DNA from: Eledone cirrhosa
Taxonomy: Eukaryota
Reading direction: 5' to 3'
Assembly (NCBI GenBank): GCA_964016885.1
Contig: OZ024741.1
Location: 100,564,001-100,628,000 of the forward strand
DNA: 64,000 nucleotides
A program made the translations under genes and the position numbers. Positions 50,913 through 62,282 of the stretch are shown here, one piece after another. Each line of letters begins with the position of its first letter. The first letter of the stretch is position 1. The notes under the pieces are model-generated. The model saw nothing but the letters and a program-made list of their open reading frames with translations. It was not told the DNA's origin and did not search any database.

Positions 50913-52354
50913 CCATACACACACACACACACACACACATATTTCTATTCTTTCTTGTTTGTCATTAAACTTCAGCCATGATGGGGCATCATCTTGATAT
51001 TTTTCAAACCTGGTACTTAATTTATGACAACCGGGCAGGGACACATACACACGCATTGTTGATGCTCATTTTTTCTGTTATGGGGGCTTATTTACCCTGC
51101 TATTTGACTATTTTCTCTAGCCAAAACAGTGGAAAGCTTCTAATTCAATTTTCAAATTTTCAATGACCACCTTATTCTTGAGGCAATTTCGACTTGTAAA
51201 CATAAGCTGTATAAAACATTTTTATATTACAGCCCAACAGTATGTGTCATTGTGTTATTTAAGCAGAAATATTTTAGTCTACTGTCAGAAATAAGTATGT
51301 TACCTTTGAAAGACCAGCCATGAAATGATTTTCATGCCATCATCCTAATCTTATGAAACCAGCTCTAAACACAGTACTGGCTCATACAAAAGACCTTGTG
51401 TTCTGGTGAACCTAATGGGGCAGATCTACAACCAAAAATATTCTAGCTATGACCATCCTGTCTTTTTTTAAATTTTTTTTTAAAAATATAATATACTCTT
51501 GACTAAATCTGATATGTTTAGGTAATATTGTATGGTTTGAAAGAGATTTGGTTGCAATTCCTAGCTGGTTGTGTGATCTTGTAGAGGCTCATAAGTTGGA
51601 TCAAGCAACATAGGTAGTGTGTGTAATTTGAGGATTATATGAGGGCCTGAGAAGAAATGGTTAATGTTGCCTGTTGAGAATGTCAATGTGTGTGTATCTA
51701 TGGGGTCGGTTATAAGTCATGTTCTTTGCATACAAAAATGTATGTGATGAGAGCTAAGATAGTGTTTAAGTGTTTAAAATGGGTTGGCAACAGGACTTAG
51801 CAAGGCTGAAATATTTCTAAATTTATAGTATTGTGGATGAAGGGAGCTCCAATCAGCATGCAGACACTCACACACTAATAATGGGGGACGTGTATGCACA
51901 TTAACAACCAAGCATGTGTTTAAAGACCAGATAACATAACAAATGTAAAAAAGAAAAAATAAGGTTTAGTTGATAAAGTGTGAGACTTCTACTCCATAAG
52001 TTCAAATCTGAGGCTGGCATGTCATGTTTCTGAGTTTAACTCTTTATTTTTTTTTACAATGGTGCACTTCACCTAGGTGGTGGGATTAAATACCAGATCA
52101 TCTGGGAGTGTGTATGCTGACTGTGTATTCGGATTTATCTTCCATTGCAAAACTGGAGCTAAGCACTAGCCATTTAAGGCCCATCCACTCCCATCATGAA
52201 GGATACATTGGATAATATAGTTCTAGATATACAATGACTGAAAATGCTTTTGATTATAGATGTATTTGTTCAGAGCAGTTTTGGTGCTAAACAACAAGAC
52301 GAGTGAAACATTTGTATGGTTTAACATGCCTAAGTTCAACAAAATAGTACCTAT

Positions 52355-53720
52355 CATGGTTCAACCAGATGGTTCCACATGTCATGATTCAACCAGATAG
52401 TTCCACGTGTCATGATTTACCCAGATAGTTCCACATGTCATGATTTACCCAGATAGTTCCACATGTCATGATTCAACCAGATAGTTCCACATGTCATGAT
52501 TCAACCAGATAGTTCCACATGTCATGATTCAACCAGATAGTTCCACATGTCATGATTTACCCAGATAGTTCCACATGTCATGATTCAACCAGATAGTTCC
52601 ACATATCATGATTCAACCAGATGGTTCCACATGTCATGATTTACCCAGATAGTTCCACATGTCATGATTCAACCAGATAGTTCCACATATCATGGTTCAA
52701 CTAGATGGTTCCACATGTCATGATTTACCCAGATAGTTCCACATGTCATGATTCAACCAGATAGTTCCACATGTCATGATTTACCCAGATAGTTCCACAT
52801 GTCATGATTTACCCAGATAGTTCCACATGTCATGATTCAACCAGATAGTTCCACATGTCATGATTCAACCAGATAGTTCCACATGTCATGATTCAACCAG
52901 ATAGTTCCACATGTCATGATTCAACCAGATAGTTCCACATGTCATGATTCAACCAGATGGTTCCACATGTCATGATTTACCCAGATAGTTCCACATGTCA
53001 TGATTTACCCAGATAGTTCCACATGTCATGATTTACCCAGATAGTTCCACATGTCATGATTCAACCAGATAGTTCCACATGTCATGATTTACCCAGATAG
53101 TTCCACATGTCATGATTCAACCAGATAGTTCCACATATCATGGTTCAACCAGATGGTTCCACATGTCATGATTCAACCAGATAGTTCCACATGTCATGAT
53201 TTACCCAGATAGTTCCACATGTCATGATTTACCCAGATAGTTCCACATGTCATGATTTACCCAGATAGTTCCACATGTCATGATTCAACCAGATAGTTCC
53301 ACATGTCATGATTCAACCAGATAGTTCCACATGTCATGATTCAACCAGATAGTTCCACATGTCATGATTCAACCAGATAGTTCCACATGTCATGATTCAA
53401 CCAGATAGTTCCACATGTCATGATTCAACCAGATAGTTCCACATGTCATGATTTACCCAGATAGTTCCACATGTCATGATTTACCCAGATAGTTCCACAT
53501 GTCATGATTTACCCAGATAGTTCCACATGTCATGATTCAACCAGATAGGTCCACATGTCATGATTCAACCAGATAGTTCCACATGTCATGATTCAACCAG
53601 ATAGTTCCACATGTCGTGATTCAACCAGATAGTTTAACACATCATGGTTCAACCAGATAGTTTAACACATCATGGTTCAACAAGACAGTTTAACACATCT
53701 TGGTTCAACAAGACAGTTTA
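52355..53720. repeat. 28-bp minisatellite, ~48 copies
   Basis: Unit CATGATT(CAA/TAC)CCAGATAGTTCCACATGT, highly homogeneous, two interspersed variants. Confidence 0.98.
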
Positions 53721-55453
53721 ACCCTTTTGATACCAAACCACTTGAAAACATTTCTAATTTCCTGTTTATTCATCTCAAACCTTCCATCATAATTTCTTGC
53801 AAGAACATTTGAGTTATGTTCCAAACACTAGCTTAATAATGAGAAAGTTTATATTATTATAAAATTCTTCGGAATTCTTGATTATTTTCAAAATGACTTA
53901 CATGCAGAAATATAGTAACAAAGTATGTTTTGAGTCAAAAAGATAGTTCAACAAGATAGTTCAACAAGATAGTTCAACATGTCTTGGTTGAACAAGGTAG
54001 TTTTACATGCCTTAGTTCAACAAGATTGTTTGACACTTTTTTATACCAAATTGTCTGAAATCACCCCTGGTTCTACAATACAATACTGCTTTTTAATAAG
54101 CTGATATTTATCTAAATCACCTATCATAAGTTTATGAAAGAACCATTGTTAAGTTAGGCTCCAAATACCAGCATAATAATAAGAAGATTAGTTATATTAC
54201 AAAATGCCTCCTAATTCTTGATAATTTTCAAAATTATGTGAAAACTATTGATGTCTTTCATTAGAAATATTGTTATGAAGGGGTTATCATGACTTGCTTC
54301 AAACCCTTTTGATACCAAACCATCGGAAACCAACCCTGATACAATAATTGTTTCTACTTTTGGCAAAGGGCCATAACTCTATGCTGCAAAGCATGGTGGT
54401 TGACACTCTATCGATACTGTCCAATAATGCAGTACTTTTTGTTTTAAAATATATGTATCTAAAAACCTTCCATCAAAACTTTATGTAAGAATTTTTGTTG
54501 AGTTAGGCTAATAAGAACGTTATTTTACACCCCCAATTTCTGGTAATTTTCAAAGTCATTTGAAAATCATAGGCAGCATCTTTCATTAAAAATATGGTAA
54601 GAAAAGGGCTAACATGCCTTGGTTCAACAAGATAGTTTAACCTATCCTGGTTCAACAAGTTGGTTTAACATGTCTTGCTTGGTTCAACATGATGTAAACT
54701 TGTTTTCACTAGGAAACAAATCTGTTGTAACCCTAACCAAATAACAAATGAATAAATATTTGATTTTCTACATGTTTTATACACACTATGAGATAAGACT
54801 TGGCAGCTTAACAGAATTTTAGTATACAAAAAAAAAAAGGTTCTTTCCAAATCTCTCTCTATATATACCCCCCCCCCCCCGCCGTCTCTCACCCACTCTC
54901 TCCCACTCTCTCTTTCTCACTCACTCACTCTCTCTCCCCCACTCACTCTCTCCTACTCTCTCTGATAATTTAGTTAATATCTTCTTTCTTTTCCCAAATC
55001 ACAGCTGCTTGTCAGTATACAAACGATGTGATAACATTTATATCTGATAATAAAATCTCTGATTTCAAAGTTTGTGGTGTTTATATCACTACCATTACTA
55101 ATAATATCAACTACTGCTACCACTACTACTAACATCAACTGCTGTTATTACTACTACTACTACATTGGTCAGCACCATCCCACCTTCACCCTAGAAATCT
55201 TTAAAACCATAACAAACATTTTTATTTTATCTGGGGAAGTTGAAGATGAACTAGGTGGAGCCTAGCAGAGACCAATTACTTACTGTTTACAAATGTAAGC
55301 TTCCTTCATATCAGGCCCCTTCTCTGATTTCTGTTTTCAAGGCCTGTTAGCTGTCAATTGGTGTGAGGTTTTCTTAAATATTTAGAAAGTTACTTGAGTA
55401 TGGAGCTGAGACATACACACAGTGAGGTAGTAAAATGTAAAATTTGATATATA

Positions 55454-55492
<39 letters not shown>

Positions 55493-55554
55493 AGGGGGAG
55501 GGAAACGCAGGCAGTAAAAGATGAATTTGATAAAGTGTATGATGTGTGTGTGTG

Positions 55555-55597
<43 letters not shown>

Positions 55598-56120
55598 AGT
55601 ATACATACATACATACATACACTAATATATATCCACATACATACACAGTTTTCCAAATTAATTTGACAGGAGTTAGTTTACTTACCCCTCCATGTAACAT
55701 TAACTTTCTTGCCTTCAAATCCCCAGATCTCTGACTCCAGATTCCACAGTCTGTCACCTTACAGAAATATTTACACTGTGAAGTATCGAGAATTAACTGT
55801 GTCACCTTACAGAAATATTTAGACTGAAATATCAAACAACAACACTACCAGTCTGTTATTTTGGTTTCACTTCTTTCGTGCCGCTTCAGATTTTCTCTAA
55901 ACTTAATTTTCATATTTGTTTTTTGGATCTAAAATTGGTATCCATGGACAGAGCCTGTTATTTTTGTACAAGAAAAATGGTTTGTGCGAGGAGAAAAGGA
56001 CAGTGATGTTTTGGAGACTTTCCCTTCACATTCAATGGCAAAGACTTTTTTTTTTTTAGCTTGGAATTTGAAAGGACAAATTCTTCTCTTCACACTATGT
56101 GAGCATATTGAAATTCTTAA

Positions 56121-56299
56121 CCCTTTAGCATTTAAACCGGCTATAACTGGCCACTCATACCGACATTAAGGTATTGTTCCCAAAACAAATAATATCAAAA
56201 TCTCATAGATTTGATATTATGTGAGATAATTATATGAGGTACAGCCGTTACCATGAAAATACAGTAGTATATATATAGAATAGTGTATATGCTAAAGGG
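56121..56299. mobile_element. piggyBac-type MITE
   Basis: TTAA (56117-56120) CCCTTTAGCAT ... ATGCTAAAGGG TTAA (56300-56303): perfect 11-bp TIR and TTAA TSD. Confidence 0.85.
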
Positions 56300-56407
56300 T
56301 TAAACCAGAGACCTGGCCTAAATGCTTACAACAGTAAACTTTGCTAAAACCACCCAAGAGCCAGATGGTGGTATTAAACTAGGTGACGAATGATAACGAT
56401 AAATATA

Positions 56408-56470
<63 letters not shown>

Positions 56471-56480
<10 letters not shown>

Positions 56481-57218
56481 GATCGAGTATCGAAAAATCG
56501 GCGCACGAGTTCACGATAAACAAAATTCGAAATGAGCGGCAGAGGGCTCAATAATTCAGATGAATCAGAGCTATAACTATCGTTAAAATACCGTCACATA
56601 TAGAACAAGTCTACAATCAACCATACGATAAAAAATCGATAATAGAAGATTCGGGACAAACAGATAAAAAATATCAATAAAACAATACATCAATAATTTA
56701 AATGAATGTAAAATCATACCCGGACCCACTAGAAAGGTGTTAAATCTAGCTTCTTGGGTTTCTGTAAATCCTTAGACTGTACTCTATCAGCTCACATATA
56801 AATATAAAAGCCTACTAGAGCAAGGGGAACGGAGTTTACTTCATCAACGAGCTTTTTTCCTAGCGGATAAGGGGCTAACCACCAGTGAAAAACGCACATG
56901 GCATTAGACAAGGGAGATAACCTCTACATCCGCGAAAACTATTCGAGGAAATGTGGAAATACACATATCGAATAAGAGTGCTCAATAGACATGTTAAAAT
57001 AAAACAAAAGCTATTCATCACTCAATAGAATCGACAAAAAATGAGCAATAAAATTAACTGGTGGATAGCTATGTCCAGAGCTAAAAATATTAGAAAGATC
57101 GAGTATCGAAAAATCGGCGCACGAGTTCACGATAAACAAAATTCGAAATGAGCGGCAGAGGGCTCAATAATTCAGATGAATCAGAGCTATAACTATCGTT
57201 AAAATACCGTCACATATA
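56471..57218. mobile_element. 748-bp non-coding element with identical 132-bp terminal direct repeats, inserted in (TA)n (Penelope pLTR-like or retrozyme-like)
   Basis: 56471-56602 equals 57087-57218 by eye (period 616). CpG-rich. Shares AGGGAGATAAC with the Penelope 3' region at ~1871. Confidence 0.7.
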
Positions 57219-57547
57219 TATATATTTTACTCTTTTACTCTTTTACCTGTTTCAGCCATCCGGCTGAGGCCATGCTGGGGCACCGCCCTATATATATATA
57301 TATATTCTATATAAATCTACTTCTGTATAATAACCCCCCCCCCCCCCCCCCCACCATCCTCCACCCCCACCACCACCACCACCACCACTACCTATTTACA
57401 TAGGGCCAATGGACTTATTGGCAGTCTCATTCTTTAAAATCCCTGAAAGTGACAAAATAAAATATAGGAGTTAGCAACAGAAAGGGCATCCAAGCAGTAA
57501 AACTAGCACAAATACAATGATAAACATCCCCCCCACCTCTCTATATA

Positions 57548-57815
57548 TCATCATTATCATCACCGTTTTACGTCGATTCTTCCACGCTAGCATGGGTTAG
57601 ACAGGTTGTCCTGTTGTGGGCAATGTTAGGTCGGCTGACCTTGTCTTACTCATACGGGAACTGATTTTAGCTTGATTTCTACAGCTGGATGCTCTTCGTA
57701 ACACCAACCTCATTTACAGTGAGTGCTGGGTGCTTTGTTACTGTGGTCCTACACGTCCACTTAACAGCGTGGTCTGGGTGCTTTTTTTGTCATGACACCT
57801 CCACGACCACTTTGC
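57548..57815 (-). mobile_element. RTE-tail SINE
   Basis: (CAT)n-CCGTTTTACGTCGATTCTTCCACGCTAGCATGGGTTAGAC.. is a close reverse complement of 62075-62280. Confidence 0.85.
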
Positions 57816-58279
57816 AGTGGGAGGGGAGGGAGGCATATTGCCGATATGCTTCGGCTTCAGCATGTTCCCGTGGGAAGTCGGTATGTATATGTGTGTGTGT
57901 GTGTGTGTATCATAAGTAAATATACAATCCAATCCAAGAAGAGAGTGTAACGATTAGTTTGTGAAAATTAAATGCCAGTAGCCAGGAGGGCAATGTGCTC
58001 AATGTGTATTACATGCAAAGCAAGTGTTTAGAGAGGGCAAAACATAGCTTAAACCAAGCACTAAATATATATAGGCAGAGCATAAATATCAAAGTTATAA
58101 TTAGAGAAATTTGACCAAAATTCATGAAGAAGTGTTTATTAGTTTACAATTGTTTAGAAGAAAGGTCAAAATTCAATCAATAAGCATATAATATATATCC
58201 AAGAGATGGCAACATGAATGGACCTGTTATTTTTCCTCTAAAAACATTTTTTTCCGATTCCACCCCGCCTGCCTCTCCA

Positions 58280-58450
58280 ATTTTTCTAATTTCTCATTCT
58301 TTCATCTGATGAAGGACTAGCATCCGAAACGTTAAGACTCTCTTCCTGCTATTTCAAGTGTTAACCTAATATATTTCTTCCATATACTGTACCAATTGTG
58401 TTGTTATTTCTGTTTACCTTTTACATATATATATATGCACACATACACAC
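58280..58450 (+). mobile_element. Third copy of the ~165-bp HHR-core element
   Basis: CTGATGA(58306)-A-GGA-CTAGCA-TCC-GAAA-CGTT-AAGAC, with the same tail as the 10500-10835 copies. Confidence 0.7.
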
Positions 58451-58499
58451 TCTTATTCTCTCCAGTTATAACCACCTTCTTTTTGTTGTCTCTTTGCAG

Positions 58500-58671
58500 G
58501 GTCTTCTGCTCACTTCAGAAAGTTTCATTTCACTGTTGAGCCAAGTGATGTGGTCACCAATCGAGGTGGTGATGTGCAGTTACACTGTAGTGCCCAACAT
58601 GGATATAACAAAACAAATATCTTTTGGAAGAAAGACAACGAACACTTATATTTGGATGATTACTCTCGGAG
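58500..58671 (+). CDS. DCC: DCC/Neogenin/Frazzled netrin receptor, exon encoding the N-half of Ig1
   Basis: Pyrimidine tract + TTGCAG acceptor, phase 1. SSAHFRKFHFTVEPSDVVTNRGGDVQLHCSA..IFWKKDNEHL aligns with the DCC Ig1 pattern (F.[25 protein letters not shown].HL). Donor AG|GTATGC, phase 2. Confidence 0.9.
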
Positions 58672-59779
58672 GTATGCAAAAAAAATTTTTTCTTCATTTT
58701 TCATGTATTATTTTTTTTTAGGTCATTACAGCATTATGGAATAGACATGGGGAGAGCAGTCACTCTGAATATAAACTGATACAGGGTAGAAAGGGCCTTT
58801 ATGTCTTATCAAATAACCTCTCTAGTGCTGGTAGCACAATAAAATACACCAAGTCTACACTGTACAGTGGCTGGTGATAGGAAGGGCATCCAACCAGAAA
58901 AAAAATCTGCTAAACAGTATAGAAACCACAACTAAGGATTAAAAAAGTATGACACTGTAAAATTGTATAGTAGCAGAGGTATGTCATTTCTGAACTATTA
59001 AAATGATAATTTTGAATATACCATTATAGGTATATTTTTTCCAAGTGTGGTTCTAACCCATGCTAGCATGTAAAGCAAACATAAAATGATGAGAATATAA
59101 TCAGGTAACTTCAAAGAAAATTGCACTGATATAGACATGTAATACATATGGATGTTGACAGTTGAGTAAAGAAGTGCCAAGAGATCTAAGTGGAAGGAAA
59201 CTGTGGAAATAGAAGACTGAAAAGAGTAGAAATGGTCAAAACTGATCTCAGGATACTGAATTTCACAAAGGAGATGGTCACTATTAATCCACAATCATAC
59301 ACATATACCAACGGGGGCTCGATATGGTTACTCAAACTTCTAAAAATAGCAGCAACTATATCACACTAAAATCATACCTTACTGTTTTCAAATTTGAAGG
59401 ACATGTTCATCATCTTCATTTTATGCCCAACTTCCATGTTGACATGGGTTGGGTGGGTTGTCACAGTACAAGACTAGAGAGATGAGAGAAACCTTATTCT
59501 GCTCATACATTTCATGTTCAGCATGGTTTCAGCAGCTGAATGACAACCACTGTACAGAGTATTTTGAGTGCATTTTATCCTAGCACCATCTCTACCAGAT
59601 TAAAATATTAAAAAAATAGACATACTGATGTATTATTTCAGGTTTGCATCAAATCTTTTTGAACATTAGATTTTATTCTCCTTCACAACGAACTTCATCT
59701 TATAGATGTGGATGACTAACATCAACTGCTTGTACATTCACATAATCTTCTGTGTTTCCTTTACCTGTCTTTTACATAG

Positions 59780-59925
59780 ACAACAACTGAAAAATGGCTC
59801 CTTGTATATACAAAACGTCCAACACAGCAAGTCCAATGTTGGTGATGTTGGTGAATATCAATGTTTTGCTGAAGTGCCTAGCATTGGAACAATTATCAGC
59901 AAACCGGCTCATGTACAGATTGCTC
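59780..59925 (+). CDS. DCC: DCC/Neogenin/Frazzled exon, C-half of Ig1
   Basis: Acceptor TTTACATAG|A completes AGA. QQLKNGSLYIQNVQHSK...DVGEYQCFAEVPSIGTIISKPAHVQIA aligns with DCC QQLSNGSLLIQNILHSR..DEGLYQCEA..GSIISRTAKVAVA. Donor C|GTAAGT, phase 1. Confidence 0.92.
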
Positions 59926-61217
59926 GTAAGTGTTGCCTTTTCTATTATTTTTTAAAATATATTTTTGACAATATTTTTTCTCTTTTGCTGAATAAGGTAA
60001 TTATTAGACTGTGGTCATGCTAAGGCACCACTTTTAAGGGTTTTAGTCAAGTCATATCAACCTCCGTAATTATTTCAATCTGGCACTTATTTTATCAATC
60101 TCAGCTAAGTTAACTTTGACATAAAGGGATGTAACTGAACATACCACTTTATACCGGTTTTACACAGCCACACATACATACCCTATATACAATGTGTTTG
60201 CTTTTTATGTGAAGATGCATTCGTGAACACAGCACGTAAAGCAAATTAGCGTAATTCAAATCTAATAATAATTCAATACAGCACCCACATAGTGACTGTC
60301 AGTGAAGTTAGAGAGAGAAACAATTGAATAAAAATATAACTCTAATATATACTATATTATTATTTCTGATGATTTCCTTTGTCAATTCTAATGTTATATT
60401 TCTGATAAATAAATTTTAAACAAAACCACCCGCGTTATAGTGCGTTATTTGCACAAAGTGAATATTTAATAATATTTTTTCAAGAGGCATTAAAGCAAAT
60501 TTACGTACTTCAAGTCCACATAAAAAGCGAACAGACTGCATATATATCATCGTTTAATGTCTGATTTCCCTGCTAACAAGGGCTCAATGGGTCTTCATAG
60601 ACCAAGTGAGTATTGAAACAGTGCTATTGACCTTCCAGATGGGCTGATGGATCTGCACCTCACTTACATATGGTCATAATTTCTATTGAGTGCACAGGAG
60701 TTGTCTTTTGACATAAGACAGCCACACAGTTCCCACTTAACAAATTTCACTCCTAAGACATTAATTATTCCAAGTCTACAGTATAAAACACTTACCCAGT
60801 ATCATCGAACCTGAGACTATCTGGTTGCAAAGCAAACTTCGTTACCATAGTTATAATGTTTGGTTAAGAAGGATTATTTCTTCCTTTTCTTTTTAAATAA
60901 ATTAGTCAAAAACTGATAATCATTACAGATATCTCTGAGTTGACTTTGATTCTCACAAATGGCCCAGTTAAAAGTCAATAACCTCTGATTGTAATATTAG
61001 TGGTGTTGATGGTTGTAATGACAATGTTGTTTTTATCATAAATGTAGAATTTTGGCAATAGCAGTTTTTAAATAGATTGCTTTTTTTTATCCTTTTGTTA
61101 CCCTAATTCTAATGAAATATATTACCAGTGTGTTTCAATAAATTTTGAAAATTATCAAAACACATTTGAGTAATTTAGTAGCATAACTGTTTTTATTCAT
61201 TAGTAAGCTGATGATTA

Positions 61218-61436
61218 GGGCGGTGGATTGGCAGTATCGGTAGAGAGTCGGACACCGTGTTTTGCAGCATAGAGTTACGGCCCTTTACGATCTGAGTTCA
61301 AATCCCGCCATGGTTAACTTTGCCTTTCATCCTTATGGGGTTGATAAAATAAAGTACCAGTCATGCACTGAGGTTGATTTAATCAACTTTCCTCTCCCCC
61401 CAAAATTGCTGGCCTTGTGCCTATATAAGAAACCAT
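61218..61436 (+). mobile_element. Full-length tRNA-SINE family A with ~24-bp TSD, nested in a piggyBac-type MITE
   Basis: A and B boxes plus core as at 22368. ATTCATTAGTAAGC(T/C)GATG(A)TTAGG at 61195-61219 and 61435-61458. Confidence 0.88.
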
Positions 61437-61581
61437 TCATTAGTAAGCCGATGTTAGGAATTTTACTTAAAAAAATTCTTAGATAATATGAGCATTTAAA
61501 ACTGGCAGTTTTACATCATAGAATCAAGGGTGATTTCAAGCAGGTTTTCCTTATTTTCTTCATATTTTTTTTTTTTTACAG

Positions 61582-61866
61582 ATATGGCCAAGATGTTCTC
61601 AATCACTCCAGAGACACTCAAGGTTTACTTGGGTGACATAGCCATGTTCCAATGCTCCATTGATGGTATTCCTCAACCAAAATATTCCTGGTACAAGAAC
61701 AATGTCTTATTGAAACGGTCAAGTCATTTTAAAATGTATGCTGATGGCTTTCTAGAAATTACAAATGTTCAATCAATGGATCTTGGAAAGTATTACTGTG
61801 AGGCCAGCAACATGAATACAAGTCGTCGAAGTAAACCAGCTATTTTACAAGAGAACAAAGATTTAG
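61582..61866 (+). CDS. DCC: DCC/Neogenin/Frazzled exon encoding Ig2 (285 bp)
   Basis: Poly-T + ACAG acceptor, phase 1 (C|AT = His). MAKMFSITPETLKVYLGDIAMFQCSIDGIPQPKYSWYKN..GFLEITNVQSMDLGKYYCEASN is an I-set Ig domain. Ends AG|GCAAGT (GC donor), phase 1. Confidence 0.88.
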
Positions 61867-61891
61867 GCAAGTTATCTTTTATTATTTTTAT

Positions 61892-62035
61892 GAAGGCGCA
61901 TGGCTTAGTGGTTAGAGTATTGGGCTTCCAATCGAAAGGTTGTGAGTTCAATTCTCAGACCGGGTGATGTGTTATTTCCTTGAGCAAGACACTTTATTTC
62001 ACATTGCTCCAGTTTACTCAGCTGTAGAAATGAGA
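61892..62035 (+). mobile_element. tRNA-derived SINE, family B
   Basis: GAAGGCGCATGGCTTAGTGGTTAG..GAGTTCAATTC..CCTTGAGCAAGACACTTTATTTCAC. Confidence 0.8.
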
Positions 62036-62074
62036 TGATAGGACTGGGGTCCCTATCATTCCACTACAAAGTGG

Positions 62075-62282
62075 TTGTGGAGGTGCGACGGCAAAAAAGC
62101 ACCCAGCACTCACTGTAAATGAGGTCGGTGTTAGGAAGGGCAACCAGCTGTAGAAATCAAGCCAGAATCAGTTTCCGTATGAGCAAGACAAGGTCAGCCG
62201 ACTGGACACTGCCCGCAACAGGACAACCCGTCTAACCCATGCTAGCGTGGAAGAATGGACGTAAAACAGTGATGGTGATTTA
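62075..62282 (+). mobile_element. RTE-tail SINE
   Basis: AAAAAAGCACCCAG..TTAGGAAGGGCAACCAGCTGTAGAAA..AACCCATGCTAGCGTGGAAGAATGGACGTAAAAC. Confidence 0.85.

Noticed and set aside
52355-53720. 28-bp repeats as a CRISPR array
   Set aside because: Direct tandem units without unique spacers.
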